Shown: piece after piece, positions 25,081 to 37,437 of the stretch
Position numbering within the stretch: the first letter of the stretch is position 1
Layout: each line of letters starts with the position of its first letter
Assembly (NCBI RefSeq): GCF_000002075.1
Contig: NW_004797517.1
Coordinates: 141,737 to 205,736, forward strand
From: Aplysia californica
Taxonomy: Eukaryota
Direction of reading: 5' to 3'
DNA: 64,000 bases
The notes under the pieces: generated by a model
The model's input: only the letters and a program-made list of their open reading frames with translations
The model's database searches: none
What the model was told of the DNA's origin: nothing
Program-made: the position numbers and the translations under genes

Positions 25081-25528
25081 ATATGTCTGTGCGCCCGGAG
25101 AAAGGTACCAAAAGTCACCACAGACTGTTTTGAGCTACAGGCTGGTAATGACAAAAATCACTTTTTTGATCAAAATGTGTTTCCATTAAAAAATGTCCAC
25201 CATTTTTTTACAATGTGCTCAAAGGGATCTCAAAGGGTTTCCATTGATTTGACTTCAAAATATTTCATTTTGAATTGTTTTGAGGGTAGGGTATAATAAA
25301 AATTTAAGTTTGTATGTGTTATCACGTTTGTTAAAGAAGCTCATTTTCTCAAAATTATACTTTCATACCCTACCTCGCAAAATGTTCAATATTTCAAAAA
25401 TTACTGGAGATATCTAAAAAATTCTAAGACCCCTGTGTTCAGCATTGAATTTCCTATAAGGTACAACCCTTAACCTAAAACGGTCAAAATCCAACTTTTG
25501 GTACCTTTCTTCAGGCACACACACATAT
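25081..25528. mobile_element. MITE-like element
   Basis: Inverted ends ATATGTCTGTGCGCCCGGAGAAAGGTACCAAAAGT / ACTTTTGGTACCTTTCTTCAGGCACACACACATAT. Confidence 0.65.
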
Positions 25529-26348
25529 GGATCCCTGTAGTCATGCTGGACGAAATGTACAATTAGGGAAAGTAAAAATAAAATTGCTTCCAAAAAGGAT
25601 ACTTCAAAGAAATCTCATGGAGACCAAATCTTGATTCCAAATGAAAGAGTATTAAATCAAAGTGGAGCACTTGAACGTTTGTTTACAATCATATCTCTGG
25701 CCATCACACGCTAACACAGCAGGGTCGCGCCCACGTCTCACGCGGACGCAAGATAGGGCAATGGAAACATCTTGGTAGTAGAGAATTTTTGGATCCTACA
25801 GCTGAATCTGATTGAGTTTTGAAGGACGTTTCATTACTTTATTTCAAATTGCATGCATAATTATGTTCCGATTCTCACATTTTCAAATTTAGATGTTCAA
25901 TAGAAATGAAAATCTTTTGTCAAATATGTTTTTTGGGGATTGAATTGAACTTGTTGAGGTGACATTCAAGGCCTAAAATGTGTTACTGCAATCAGTTAGT
26001 TATTATGATAAATGCTAAATAATTTTCTATTTATAAAAGTATGACCCAAAAAGAAAACAGGAAATATTTCCTTAAAAGTAGGATCCAAAAAGGGAACACA
26101 AAGTGCATGTGAAAGATCAAAGTACAGGGAGGATTAAGGACACTATTGACTTCTGTTTTACAATGATAAGGGGATATTTCATGTAAACACATAACATACA
26201 CAAGTGCATAAAAGCGATCTGGTTAATTGGTTTGGATCACTGTTTTATAAGATTTCTGGTGAGTGTGAAATGCACTTTCGCACCTCAAACAAAGGTAAAA
26301 GTACTATAGATGTATGCTCTGTCGAATTTTTGCCTCTCAAAAATAATA

Positions 26349-27175
26349 CTGTGGAGTCCACTTATAACGAGTCCTGAAATAACGAGAAGTCTGTTATAAA
26401 GACACTTTTCTAAAACCCCGTTTTTCTCCCTCTTTATCTTTGTAAATAAAATACTGCTATAGCGCAATCAGACAAATATGCGAGTCGGTCATAGCGGAAT
26501 ATTGTTGCTTCTGTGCACAGCGCATAGGCCAATTATACATATATGTAAAGCCTCGCCAGTTGAAATACATGTTGGTGATCTAGCGAAACAAAGAATGGGA
26601 GAGCTCACATGTGCCAACAATGAAGGCCGGAGCGAATATGTCGGGAGGGTATGGCATGTGCAGACAAGCAAAACGCATCGCGTGATAGGCCAACCTAGTC
26701 TAGATTATCTAGGCCTACCGTGCCTCTCACTTCTCCAATGCGGGGATGGAGAGGGCACAGTGTTGCGATGGATGGAGCGAATGTGTGACATTGTCAGGGT
26801 GTTGTGTGTACCCATGTGTGCAAGCAGACGGAATGCACCACAGGGTGTGATGGTGGTTGGGGGAGGGGGGGGGCAACACAGCAGGTGAGTTAGCCTAGAG
26901 CCCTTTCTTTCTGATCGCTAACGCCGAGCTGTCAACATCACTAGCACTAGAGAAAGAGACCTGATTTGATTTTTGATCAAGTAAGACTAGAGGTCATGTT
27001 GAACAAAATCATCCTTAGGGGGGATAACGAAAAGAAATAAACCCAACACCAAACTCATAGATTTGGCCTACTTTATTTACTTTGAATTTATTACTGGATC
27101 CCTTATAACAAGAATCCTGCTATAATGGATATTTTGCACCAGTCCCCTCCCTCTCGTTATAACAGGATTCCACTG
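26349..27175. mobile_element. pogo/Tigger-type MITE (TA TSD)
   Basis: TA-CTGTGGAGTCCACTTATAACGAG ... CTCGTTATAACAGGATTCCACTG-TA; related to 6236-6838. Confidence 0.8.
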
Positions 27176-27213
27176 TATTTAACATGTAAAAATATTCCAA
27201 AGTCACCCCTCTT

Positions 27214-27515
27214 CATTCAAAGTTTTCCCGGACATTTGTTCAAAGTCTCTCTCTATATATATATATATCGGGGAGGCTTCACGCATTTTTTTTACGTTGG
27301 ACTCAACAGCTTGTTTCAAGAATAATTGAAGCCAAAGAAAAAGGTTTCACCATTATTGTAGCCACTTGGGCTTCACCACTTGTGATATCAGCTCCATGCA
27401 TCGTCCCATTTTACTGTAAGAGTATCATTATATCAATCTGAGGTACCCAAAGATGTCTGAAAACTCCTAACTCAGCAAGAGACATCGAACAAATGTCGGG
27501 GAAAACTTTGAATGA
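27214..27515. mobile_element. Small MITE-like inverted-repeat element
   Basis: TCATTCAAAGTTTTCCCGGACATTTGTTC / GAACAAATGTCGGGGAAAACTTTGAATGA. Confidence 0.65.
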
Positions 27516-27781
27516 GCATGAAGTTGGTAGCATAATGGGGCTGGCGGTACAACAGGATAGCACCGATTGCCATCTTGACTAGTGGTAGACAGGTAGAGAC
27601 TTGAGACAAACTGTGGCCAGTCATACCTCATCTAGGTCTTTCTTGCATGATGGCCATGTGCTGGGGAAAAACAAGTAGCAACCACTTACATGTGCAACTC
27701 AAGCTGAACTTTACTTAAATTCAGATTGAAAATGTTAAATTTTTTATCAGATCAGAAGCTATGTATCGAGGGCCCTGTAAG

Positions 27782-28126
27782 TGGTGTCAATGGCCTAGTG
27801 GTTATGCTACCGGACTCGTAATCATGAGGTTGTTCCTGCCGCAGGTAGAGGTTGTGTCCTTAGGAAAGGCACTTTACACGAATTGTCCTCACTTCACCCT
27901 GGTGGGAATGGGTACCCGGCCATAGACAGTGAAATATCTTGTTAGTATGTTAGTGTTTTAGCGCCTATAAATGGCTGTTTGCTCTGTATGCTTCCCTGGA
28001 AGTTGAGGTAGTTTCAGAATGCTTTCAGGTCTGCTGGGGTAATAATATAGATTGTGAAGCGCTTAGAGCTTGCTGTTGAGCTGAGATTTGTGCTATACAA
28101 ATGCTATCTTTCTTTTATTATTATTA
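27782..28126 (+). mobile_element. tRNA-derived SINE with Deu/Nin-like core and L2-like tail
   Basis: A-box TGGCCTAGTGG; core GTTGTGTCCTTAGGAAAGGCACTTTAC...AATGGGTAC; tail GTGAAGCGCTTAGAG...TATACAAATG...(TTA)n; interrupts a repeat that is intact at about 34460-34820. Confidence 0.75.
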
Positions 28127-29291
28127 GACTTACAGTTGTTGTTTTTTAATCCGATACAGTCAGTCCTCAGGCTACCTCAGACCTTTCATGTAGATTTGAG
28201 CATGAGTCCTCACAATATAATATCCTTACTGGGGCAGCTCACTAGCTTTTTAGTCATCAGGCTGACAGGCCGAAGTGGCGCAGTTCCTCTGAAGTTTCTT
28301 CGGGTGATTTTATTTCTAACTGTATACATGCACAAACTTTTAGCCAAAGCCTAAAAATAATAGCATTTCCATAATTTCCACCTATCAGGAGCAAATCAGC
28401 AGCAAACGCTAGAAATAGGCTGAACTCAGAGAGAGGTGTATGGGAAAGATCAAGAAACCACAGAGTGGTTCCGCAGTGCCAAGGCAGACCAACGTATCTC
28501 TGCAAAAATCATCATTTTTTGTATCTTCGTTTTAAATGGATGCCCATACCCATTCTGCATCTGGTGTCAAAGGCAGGAAGACGTATCTGCTCTGCAAATA
28601 GGATATTTCACTATGGCAAACAGATGTAACTGAAGGGCCATGCCCATATTTCCAATGGCAGCACAACGTAGCTCAAAATCATAGAAAGTGCAGAAATGTC
28701 CCTCTGCCCTTGGCATGGCAGGGCTGCCATGCGCTGTGTGTTGTATGTACCTCTGATGATCTATTTGGTGGCAGTGTAGGGGGGCAAATTTACATTAGAC
28801 AGCACCTATCAGACAGTAGACGGATGGCAGTTAAAGGTGCAAATATTATGTTTATGGTATAGTATAGACGCTCCTTTTTTCAAACCTGGCGGTATAATGG
28901 GGGGTCAAAATAGTGAGGTTTAACTGAATATACCCTTGAACCTGCTCTATCGATCACCTGTCTATGACAGTCACCTGCACAAATGACTGCCTCCTACTTC
29001 TCCCTTGTGTTTTTTCTAATGGCGCTGTTCAAGAGGATCACCTGTGCAAGATAACCACATTTCTACTCAACAATAGATGGCCATCTTGGATTGGTTCAAG
29101 TGCATGTAAATTGAGATCGAAATCTTACCTTTTCGAGCCGAATGTATAGTATCATTTTCTTAATCTATTCTTTATTGTATCAACTGATTTGAGTCAGAAG
29201 GGGCTTAAGGAACAGAAGATATTTATAGGATGTAGGATCAGTTTATTGTTATTCAAGGAAAGTAAACATTATATCATAATTTTCCTTACAG

Positions 29292-29379
29292 ATTTGATGT
29301 TACTGGAGTTCATCCAAAGACAAAAGTGCCAGGGAGTTTTACTCAAATGCCGTATGATAAATACTCCATGTTGGAACTG
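29292..29379 (+). CDS. CIMAP2: CIMAP2/LEXM coding exon 2 (RFDVTGVHPKTKVPGSFTQMPYDKYSMLEL)
   Basis: Acceptor TTTCCTTACAG, donor GTAAGA; 88 nt; ends in phase 0. Confidence 0.92.
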
Positions 29380-29445
29380 GTAAGAGATTTGTTTTTGGCT
29401 CCTGAATCCACAATCTCATGTACTTATTTTGGCTAACTGAGACAA

Positions 29446-29891
29446 ATGTGAGGCAATGGTGAAATCAGGCGCTCGTCAAAATAATGAAATTAAAAAGAAA
29501 TCGGCATCTTTTTGGCCAATAGGCAATTCTTTTCTAATTTCTTTGGGGGGCTCAACATTTTTTATGTCCTTTTAGAAACACATTTCTGTGTGGATTTTAC
29601 TGAAAAACATTGATGAAAGGCACAAAAAATGTAAATTTTCAATTTCCAAAGACTCTTAGGCTATGGAGGTTTCCAAACTTTGGCAGCCATTTTCTCAATA
29701 ATTTTACCTCTGAAACCAGGCGACTGTGACCTCCTTCAATTGCAAATATCTCGCCTTCTATTCAATATAGATCCATTTTTTTTTCCTCCAAAAAGGAAGG
29801 CAAATGAACAGACTTTAACTTTAAGATGATACTAATAACCCCATATGCCCAAAAATTGACGAGCACCTGATTACACCACGTCATGACACAA
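29446..29891 (-). mobile_element. About 440-bp MITE-like family B; other copies at about 30050-30445 (partial), 45749-46187, 50625-51052, 52834-53290
   Basis: Subterminal inverted motif TCAGGCGCTCGTCAAAA / TTTTGACGAGCGCCTGA and a shared internal sequence in five copies. Confidence 0.75.
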
Positions 29892-29938
29892 ATAGTAAAT
29901 AAATACTTGTTCAGGTAAAAAGAACAGGAGGGTGGGAG

Positions 29939-29948
<10 letters not shown>

Positions 29949-30034
<86 letters not shown>
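29949..30034. repeat. (TA)n microsatellite
   Basis: Directly visible. Confidence 0.97.
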
Positions 30035-30035
<1 letters not shown>

Positions 30036-30474
30036 GTGGATAAATATATATCAAAATAATGAAAGTCAAGAAACTGGCATTTTTCCACAGGTTTAGGAAT
30101 TTTAATAGAATTTTTGTGTTTTGGCTCAACACCTTTCCTGCCCATAAAAGAACACATTTCGGTGCAGATTTTGCTGAAGAACTTTGCTTAAATGCGTAAA
30201 AGATGTAAATTTTCAGTTTCAATGGACTCTCAAACTAAGGAAATAACTCAATTTTGGCGGCCATTTTCTCACTTATTTTACCTCTGAAACCTGGCTACCC
30301 CCACATCCTTCAATTGCCTTGTATCGGAGATAAATGGATATTGTTTTCATCACAAGCAAGGCCAAGAGACAGGCTTTAAAACCATACGAAAAATTCCATA
30401 TGCCCAAAAATTGATGATTGCCTGATTCCACCGCGTCCTGACACTCACACATACACACACACCGACACATGCAT

Positions 30475-30527
<53 letters not shown>

Positions 30528-30577
30528 GAGGGAGAGAGAGAGAGAGAGATCGATCGCGATCGATCGATCGATCAATC

Positions 30578-30628
<51 letters not shown>

Positions 30629-30663
30629 CGATAGATCGATCGATCGATCGATCGATCGATCTA
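30475..30663. repeat. Compound (GATA)n/(GA)n/(GATC)n microsatellite
   Basis: Directly visible. Confidence 0.97.
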
Positions 30664-30952
30664 AATATATATGTACTCCACCTGAATAAAAAATCAAAGC
30701 TTCCATACACAACTTCTGCGTTATACTTTATTGTGATTGTTTTTATCCACAAACTTTTGTCTTGTCTTACTGCGTCAAGAGTAAAAAGTCTTCTATCATA
30801 CACTTGGGAAGGATTTGAATGGAAGGTGGCATTTTTTTTGTGTGTGTGTGTTTTATGACGTATGCTTTTATATTAAAATGATTGGAATACTATGTGCTTT
30901 TATTAGAGGTATGAAACTAAGGAAGAGTTCATATTCTTTTTCTCTTTTCTAG

Positions 30953-32329
30953 GAGGAAAGGAAGGCTGCTCATTATAACTTTAAAACCCGAAATCTTTCT
31001 AAAGACCATGGTGCTATCATTGCAAAGTTTGACAAACATATCAGAAATATCCGCAAGTCATTGATCCAGGCCAGTCAAACCCTTCAAGATTTTGAAACAA
31101 GTCATTCAAAGCAATCCTTTCGAAACTCTAAGTATTCAAAGTCAGGATCTTCTTTGAATTTATCATCTCCCACACAACTATCCTCAAGTAGGGTGTGTTC
31201 CGGTCTGTCAAAAAAATCGGCGGTTGTTTCCTCACATGGTTCTTCAAAGGAAAGCTCAAAATTCAATTCCCTCAGAGCCTTGGAACACTATGATTCTAAG
31301 TGTTTTGCTGAGTGGACAAAGAACAAGATTCTGATGAGCAGAAGAGCATTACTGATGAATGCCCTGTTAGGACAGGACCAAACTGTCACCGGTTTTGATT
31401 CTAGTTTCCTTGCTTGTTCATCAGAGCTATGTATAAAAGAAAAGGTGCCTTCTTCTTTAGGTAACAAACGATCAAAAAACAAAATCTTTGTTTCATATGA
31501 GCAAAATTTAACACATGATTCCACATGTAGCTGTACTCTGAAACTGAAAGATGAAGAAATTTCCGAAAAATCTGATCTTACCAGTCCTGCTAAAAAAAAA
31601 AATGGTGGTGTGAACAATAACAGTTCTGATTTTGATCACAGTCTGAGCAATCTTAATAAATCTGGTGGAAACAGAAAAGAGAATGATGCTGAACTCGAAA
31701 ATGAAAATTTGGCAATTTCCCAGCAGTCTGAAGAAGCAAAAAACGAGCTAAAAAGTGTGCTCTCATCAAGTGACGCAAAGCCAAGAGGCTCGATGGAAAA
31801 GAAGGTATCATTTGAAGAAAGTATTGGAGCGTCTGAAATGAACAGTGAAGCCGAAATAAAAGAGGTTGTTTTGAATAAAGAGGACGAAGACAATTTAAAG
31901 AGTATAAGTTTGGAAACAGGGACAGAGTCATCAAGCTCTACAAGAAAAGACAAGGGATTGGAAACGAAACCTGTTGAGAAAAAGTCAGACAGGAAGAAAA
32001 GTGAAACCAAGGAGCTCCAATCTGAAGCCTCGATTTCAAACACCCTCACTAATGATGACGGTGAAAGTCTTTTCCTTGACTCTGATATAGAAGCCTGTCC
32101 TTCAAATGTGGGTTCCGCAGAAGGATCTACCACCGGAACTTCAAAACCTCTCAGAAAGGCTTTAGACAGTGAAAAGGAACTCTTCACATCAAAAGGTGAA
32201 GGTGCAGAAAGTCAAGATAAGACTAAAGTTGAAATGTCGACTGATGAGGATAGAGGTAGATTATTTCAAGGCTTAGCCGAATGTAAGACCCAAAAAAAGG
32301 AGCCCAGTGAGACATGCGATGAATTTTTG
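30953..32329 (+). CDS. Candidate large cassette exon of CIMAP2/LEXM; 459-aa Ser/Glu/Lys-rich low-complexity insert
   Basis: Strong acceptor TTCTTTTTCTCTTTTCTAG, whose TAG is the in-frame stop bounding the ORF; 1377 nt without a stop; donor TTG|GTAATA; phase 0/0, matching intron 2; overlaps ORF 31061-32434; no transposon motifs recognised. Confidence 0.65.
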
Positions 32330-32857
32330 GTAATAATTGTGTTTCTTAACACGCACATTTCTTGTTTGTTATATTTGCCTTGTAATTTTGGTATGAGTAG
32401 CGTTAAAATTTTCTGTTTCTTGATGTTCGATTGATCTTTTAGCAAAACATACAGTTACAGTTTTGTAACAATACACACAGTTTTCAGTTCTTCAGTGAAC
32501 TTGTACTCTGATTATAATATATTGAAACTTTGTTGGTTTTTTTGTAAAAACATTTGCTTGCTTTGTTGCTATCAAAGCCATTTGTATATTTTTCAGTGTA
32601 TCCTTGCTTTCATTTCACTTTAATTGTTTTGCAGTTTATTCCGTTTTTGGAAGCTACATGTTCAAAGGTTTTTTCATTCAAAATATAATTAATCAACTCT
32701 GGAAAATTCTTCCAGATCTCAGGGGTAGTCACCTGCTGGTCTTAAACCTGCAGAGCAACTGACTTTTATTATGTAACTGATTTTCCTACTTAATAGGACC
32801 CTTTGCCTTCAGGCTGCCATATTGTGATTCTGAAGATACTCTCTATTTTATTTTGTA

Positions 32858-33431
32858 TGAGGGACGTCCAGAGAGTAAGCACCGTTTTCACATCTCTCTA
32901 AACTGGGTTGGGATATTCCCGATTTTGCACCACATATGAGTTGATGTGTTCAATACTGAACCAGAAAGAGCCCTCAGCTTCCGTCTTGCCGTTGTAAACA
33001 ACAATCTACAACTCTACAACGCTTGTAAAACATTTCACCCAGTTTTTTGCTCGCCAGTTTACACAGCCCCATTTTGTATCAAACATCCTACACCCATTTG
33101 AAGCTTCAACATGTCTTCTAAGCTTGAAAATTATGCTGACAGTGAAATTCGGCCTGTTATTCATTTTCTGACTGCAAAGAACACGAAGCCTATCGACATT
33201 CGTAGGCAGATTTCTGAAGTGTATGTTGAAAATGCAATGGCATGGGCAAAAGCGTGGTGCGGAAATGGGTTCATGTTCAAAGAGGGACGAGATAATGTGC
33301 ATAATGAACCCAGGAGTGGGCGTCCCTCTTTGGTCAGTGAAGATTTGATAAACAAAGTTGACATTAAAGTAAAGGAAGTTTTACCCTTTCCTCACTCTCT
33401 TCAAACTTTCCTGAGATTTCCTGATTGTTGA
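32858..33431 (+). mobile_element. 5' fragment of a mariner element (HTH_48-type N-terminus)
   Basis: TA-TGAGGGACGTCCAGAGAGTAA left end; EIRPVIHFL...IRRQISEVY...FKEGRDNVHNEPRSGRPS. Confidence 0.85.
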
Positions 33432-33676
33432 AGTCTGAAATAGTCATAATGACAGGATGGCAGTCGTGATATCAATACCATAGAATCAAACACTTAGATC
33501 TATTACTATTGTATCAATCTCAAAGAGAATTTAAAAAGCAAAATAATTTGACTGAAGCACTTAGGTTTCAGTTGTTTCTTTTCATAAAACAGTGACACAC
33601 TTACCCTTCAACAATCGTTTGACTTTAAAATGTTTTTCCAAGATACTGAAATTTTTTAAATGATGATTCTTCACAG

Positions 33677-33847
33677 AAACGAAAACTTGGACCAGGCACC
33701 TATAATACAATGATTGGTGGATTTAGTTCTTCAAATGTTGAGTTAAAGGCCTCTGGACCAGGTTGGGCTCGTCAGATCGAGGTAGAAAGGCTGGCTGCTC
33801 TTCCTCATCTCCTTCACAAAGAGCAGTGGGAGGAAAACAAAATGCTG
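33677..33847 (+). CDS. CIMAP2: CIMAP2/LEXM core exon 3 (KRKLGPGTYNTMIGG...EQWEENKML)
   Basis: Acceptor TTCACAG, donor GTTTGT; 171 nt; GWARQIEVERLAALPH motif. Confidence 0.92.
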
Positions 33848-34112
33848 GTTTGTTGTTCACTTTTTTATAGCATTTCTGTCCTTTTCACAACATGTATGTC
33901 CCTGTTGTGTATTTGTAAATGTATTTCAATCTCAGTTTATTCACTCTGAGAAGTAGGGCATTATTTAAAAAATTAACACAGCAACAATTCGATAATAATA
34001 TTTTATGCTATGTTTACATAATATTAAACATTCCATCAAATGTTTTTTTTAAGTCGGGCATTGGAACCATTAGTTTGTGCTGGCATTTGTGTTACTTTTT
34101 CTTACTTCACAG

Positions 34113-34235
34113 AAAAGGAAACTGGGCCCTGGATCTTACGAGATCAAAGACTTTATTCAAGCTGGTAATGAAAAACCACGCAGTGAGAGAGGTATCTGCA
34201 GCAATCTGGCCCCCAGATTTGAGAGAGGTGTTTTG
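34113..34235 (+). CDS. CIMAP2: CIMAP2/LEXM core exon 4 (KRKLGPGSYEIKDF...RFERGVL)
   Basis: Acceptor TTCACAG, donor GTATGT; 123 nt. Confidence 0.93.
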
Positions 34236-35358
34236 GTATGTTTTTCAGACTCTCAACAGATTTTTTGTTCAATGTGTTGGGGTTTTTTTGTTTTGTTTTT
34301 TTGTGTATTTAAATGAAATGTAGTAAAAATATTTGATGTTCCCTGTTGATTAGTTTTCCCTTTTCCTGAGCAGTTACGAATTATATTGTTCTTTGGTCCT
34401 CTGTGTAGAAGGGAGAGATAACTAATAATACTGTCAAACCACATTATTCCTCCTCTATGAACAAGCATGAGGTTAGCGATATAACAGGATAACACCGATT
34501 GGCCTTTTTACTAGTTGTACATTGATAAAGGCTAGAGATAACTGTGGCCAGTCTTAACTCATCTAGATCTGTCTTGCATGATTGCCATAGGCAGGAGCAG
34601 AAATGAGTAGCACCCAATTACAATATGTACAACACCAGCTGAACTTTAGGCATACATAAATTCCAATTGAAAATTTCTACCGGATCAGAAGCTTAGCTAT
34701 GATATATGTGTCAAGGACTCAGTAGACATCTAGTTTTTTATTTTTTACCCAACAATTGTCAGTTCTCGGGCGGCCTCAGACTTTTCATGTAGACTTGAGC
34801 ATGAGTGGTCAAAATACAAAAACGTCAAGGGCGTCCGCCAGCCTCATGATCTGGCACATCCTAACAGAGTATTCAGACTTTGGAGAGACGTGTAGGAAAT
34901 ATTTTGAATTGAATGCACTAATTTGAAAATTTTGTTCTATATCTTCTATTCCAACAAAATTCTCGATTTTATAGCCAATTGGTCTTTACTCAAACATATG
35001 GATAGTATTATGTAGATTTTAAATTAAAATGTAAGATACTCTTTTCAAAACTGAATTCTCACTCTGAAATTTTTTTGCTTCAACAATTCTGACTTTGCAA
35101 AGTTAAACCAAGATGTGCTGTGAAATTCAATGTGAAAACACCCAACTTGAGTGCCGCGCGCTCACATGATCTTATGCAGAGTTGTAAGTGCCATTATAAA
35201 ACTATTAAAAGTTGAAACGGGATTTTGAATTTTGAGAGCAGTTTCTAATACTTGGTTTCTTGATAAGGTATGGAATATTTAGATCTGGTATTGAATACAA
35301 ACGTTAGTGCTGTAGGTTCGTGGAATAAAAAGAGAAACAAGTATATAAAATAATTTTA

Positions 35359-35702
35359 TCTAATGTGATGGTGAAATATGTCATTATTTTATCATTCCCA
35401 TTCTAATGTGATGGTGAAATATGTCAGTATTTTATCATTCCCCTTCTAATGTGATGGTGAAATATGTCATTATTTTATCATTCCCCTTCTAATGTGATGG
35501 TGAAATATGTCATTATTTTATCATTCCCATTCTAATGTGATTGTGAAATATGTCATTATTTTATCATTCCCATTCTAATGTGATGGTGAAATATGTCAGT
35601 ATTTTATCATTCCCCTTCTAATGTGATGGTGAAATATGTCATTATTTTATCATTCCCATTCTAATGTGATGGTGAAATATGTCATTAATTTATCATTCCC
35701 AT
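35359..35702. repeat. Minisatellite, 8 x 43 bp
   Basis: Unit TCTAATGTGATGGTGAAATATGTCATTATTTTATCATTCCCAT, head-to-tail with few variants and no spacers. Confidence 0.95.
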
Positions 35703-36343
35703 ATGTATTAAGTATGACCCAAAAAAGAGAACAAGCAGTATTTTCCAACACAAAAAGTATGACCCATAAAGGAAACATGAAGAGCAGGAAGGGGTAGGTA
35801 TTTGAAAATGCTTTTCCTGCAAAAATTATGAAAATCCCATTCATAGACTCATGCCTAGAGATTGTTAAAATGGATGCTTGAAGCATTCTTGGCATTTTGT
35901 GAACATTCAATTGCTGGTTGACAAGAATCAAATTTTGTAAAGGACCCTTGTTTCCTTTTTGGAACATAAAGTAGGGTGAAGGTAAAAGAATTTGTTCTCT
36001 ATCATTGATCCGAACAGAATTCTTGATTGTATAAAAACCGTTGGTCTTTTTTCCAAACTGCAAACAGTAAAATTGAATTTTTACTATGTATAATAAGGTA
36101 TTTCAACCATTCCAACTTGCAAAGTAAAGCCAAAACGTACTTATAAGAACTAATGTGAAAACAACCAACATGTTTGTTACATGATCAGCTAACCTTATGC
36201 AGTTAGTTGCAAGCACTATAAAACTCTTGGCAAACAAACTAAAAAATGTATAACCTCTACCAGGATATATATATATATATATATGTCTCTTTTTGAACTT
36301 CTTGATAATGTAAAGACTGTGATGTTTTACTTTTCCTTCCAAG

Positions 36344-36478
36344 AGTGCAACACCAGGCCCAGGAACCTATGGCATTGGTGGAGTACCACAGAGAGCACTG
36401 GAACAGAAGGACAAGATTGCAGCCAGTACTAAAGGAATGCTTGATGCTGGTGACCGCAAACGTAATTTACCTTCAGTG
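36344..36478 (+). CDS. CIMAP2: CIMAP2/LEXM core exon 5 (SATPGPGTYGIGG...RNLPSV)
   Basis: Acceptor TTTTCCTTCCAAG, donor GTACGT; 135 nt. Confidence 0.9.
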
Positions 36479-37437
36479 GTACGTTGTGCTGACATCATTT
36501 GCTCTGTCTCAATTTAATTATACATTTGAATCATGTAACTTCCCATTGTCCATATGGTAGCTGAGAGTCCTTGGGCAAAGGAGAACTTGACAATAAAAGC
36601 AAATCTGAGCAGCAAGCTGCTCTGAGGCTTTCCCCCTGTCATAAGAGAAGATGAGCCAGTTCATGATATCCCGCATCCGGGTCAAAATGACTCATAGCAT
36701 TATAAAGAGCTTTCTGTTTTCTCATAACCAGTTATTTTGACTTGCATTTGGCCTCTTAAGTCTCCCCTCTTCTCAGACCATGTTTGCAACAAGTTATTGT
36801 ATATTTTATACTATGTTTTGAATCTACATTTTTTACGTGTAGATTTCTCCTTTATATATTATATCAACATTTTTCTTGATTGTAAATGTTCAAGATATAA
36901 CATTTGAGACCTGAGTTCAATTTCCACTCAAATAATATATTTAATTACTTTGCAGCTGAGTAAAGGAATACATCTGAGTAGTTCACAGAGTTAAACAGTA
37001 AAGCAAAATTAATTACAATGCCTTCTAATTACTTCATCGAAGGTCTATGACCTATTTATGTTTACAATGACCAAATGCATGACAAACTTAAGTTGAAAGT
37101 GAAATCAATGTCATTTGTTTCCTTCTCTTTTATTAGGGGTTTGGATAGGGCTGTTAACCCCTTGGACTAACCTCTTCTCTTCTGCGCCCATAGAATTAAC
37201 AGGCCTGAACCAAGTAGTGCAGGCCTGTAGAATTTACGGGACTATGACAGAGGTTGTTTTAATACCAATTATATGGGAAGGTGTTGCTAAAATCTTGTAA
37301 TTGTTATTGAGGTACCTTCCCTTTATGTTTACCGCCATTTCACCCCCATTTGAAAGCGGCAGATCCAGATTTTGTCTCGAAGAGAAGATTAGATCTAGAT
37401 ACATCTACCACACAAAAATATTTTACTTACATGTTTA

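Noticed and set aside
31288-32187. Minus-strand ORFs of 109, 183 and 93 aa
   Set aside because: They are S/F/L-rich antisense shadows of the E/K-rich plus-strand frame.
31061-32434. 457-aa ORF as a stand-alone single-exon gene
   Set aside because: It starts at TTG, the frame actually opens at a splice acceptor (30953), and the hydrophobic tail after 32329 reads like intron sequence.
35359-35702. CRISPR-like regular repeat
   Set aside because: Units are head-to-tail with no unique spacers, there are no cas genes, and the context is a eukaryotic intron; it is a minisatellite.
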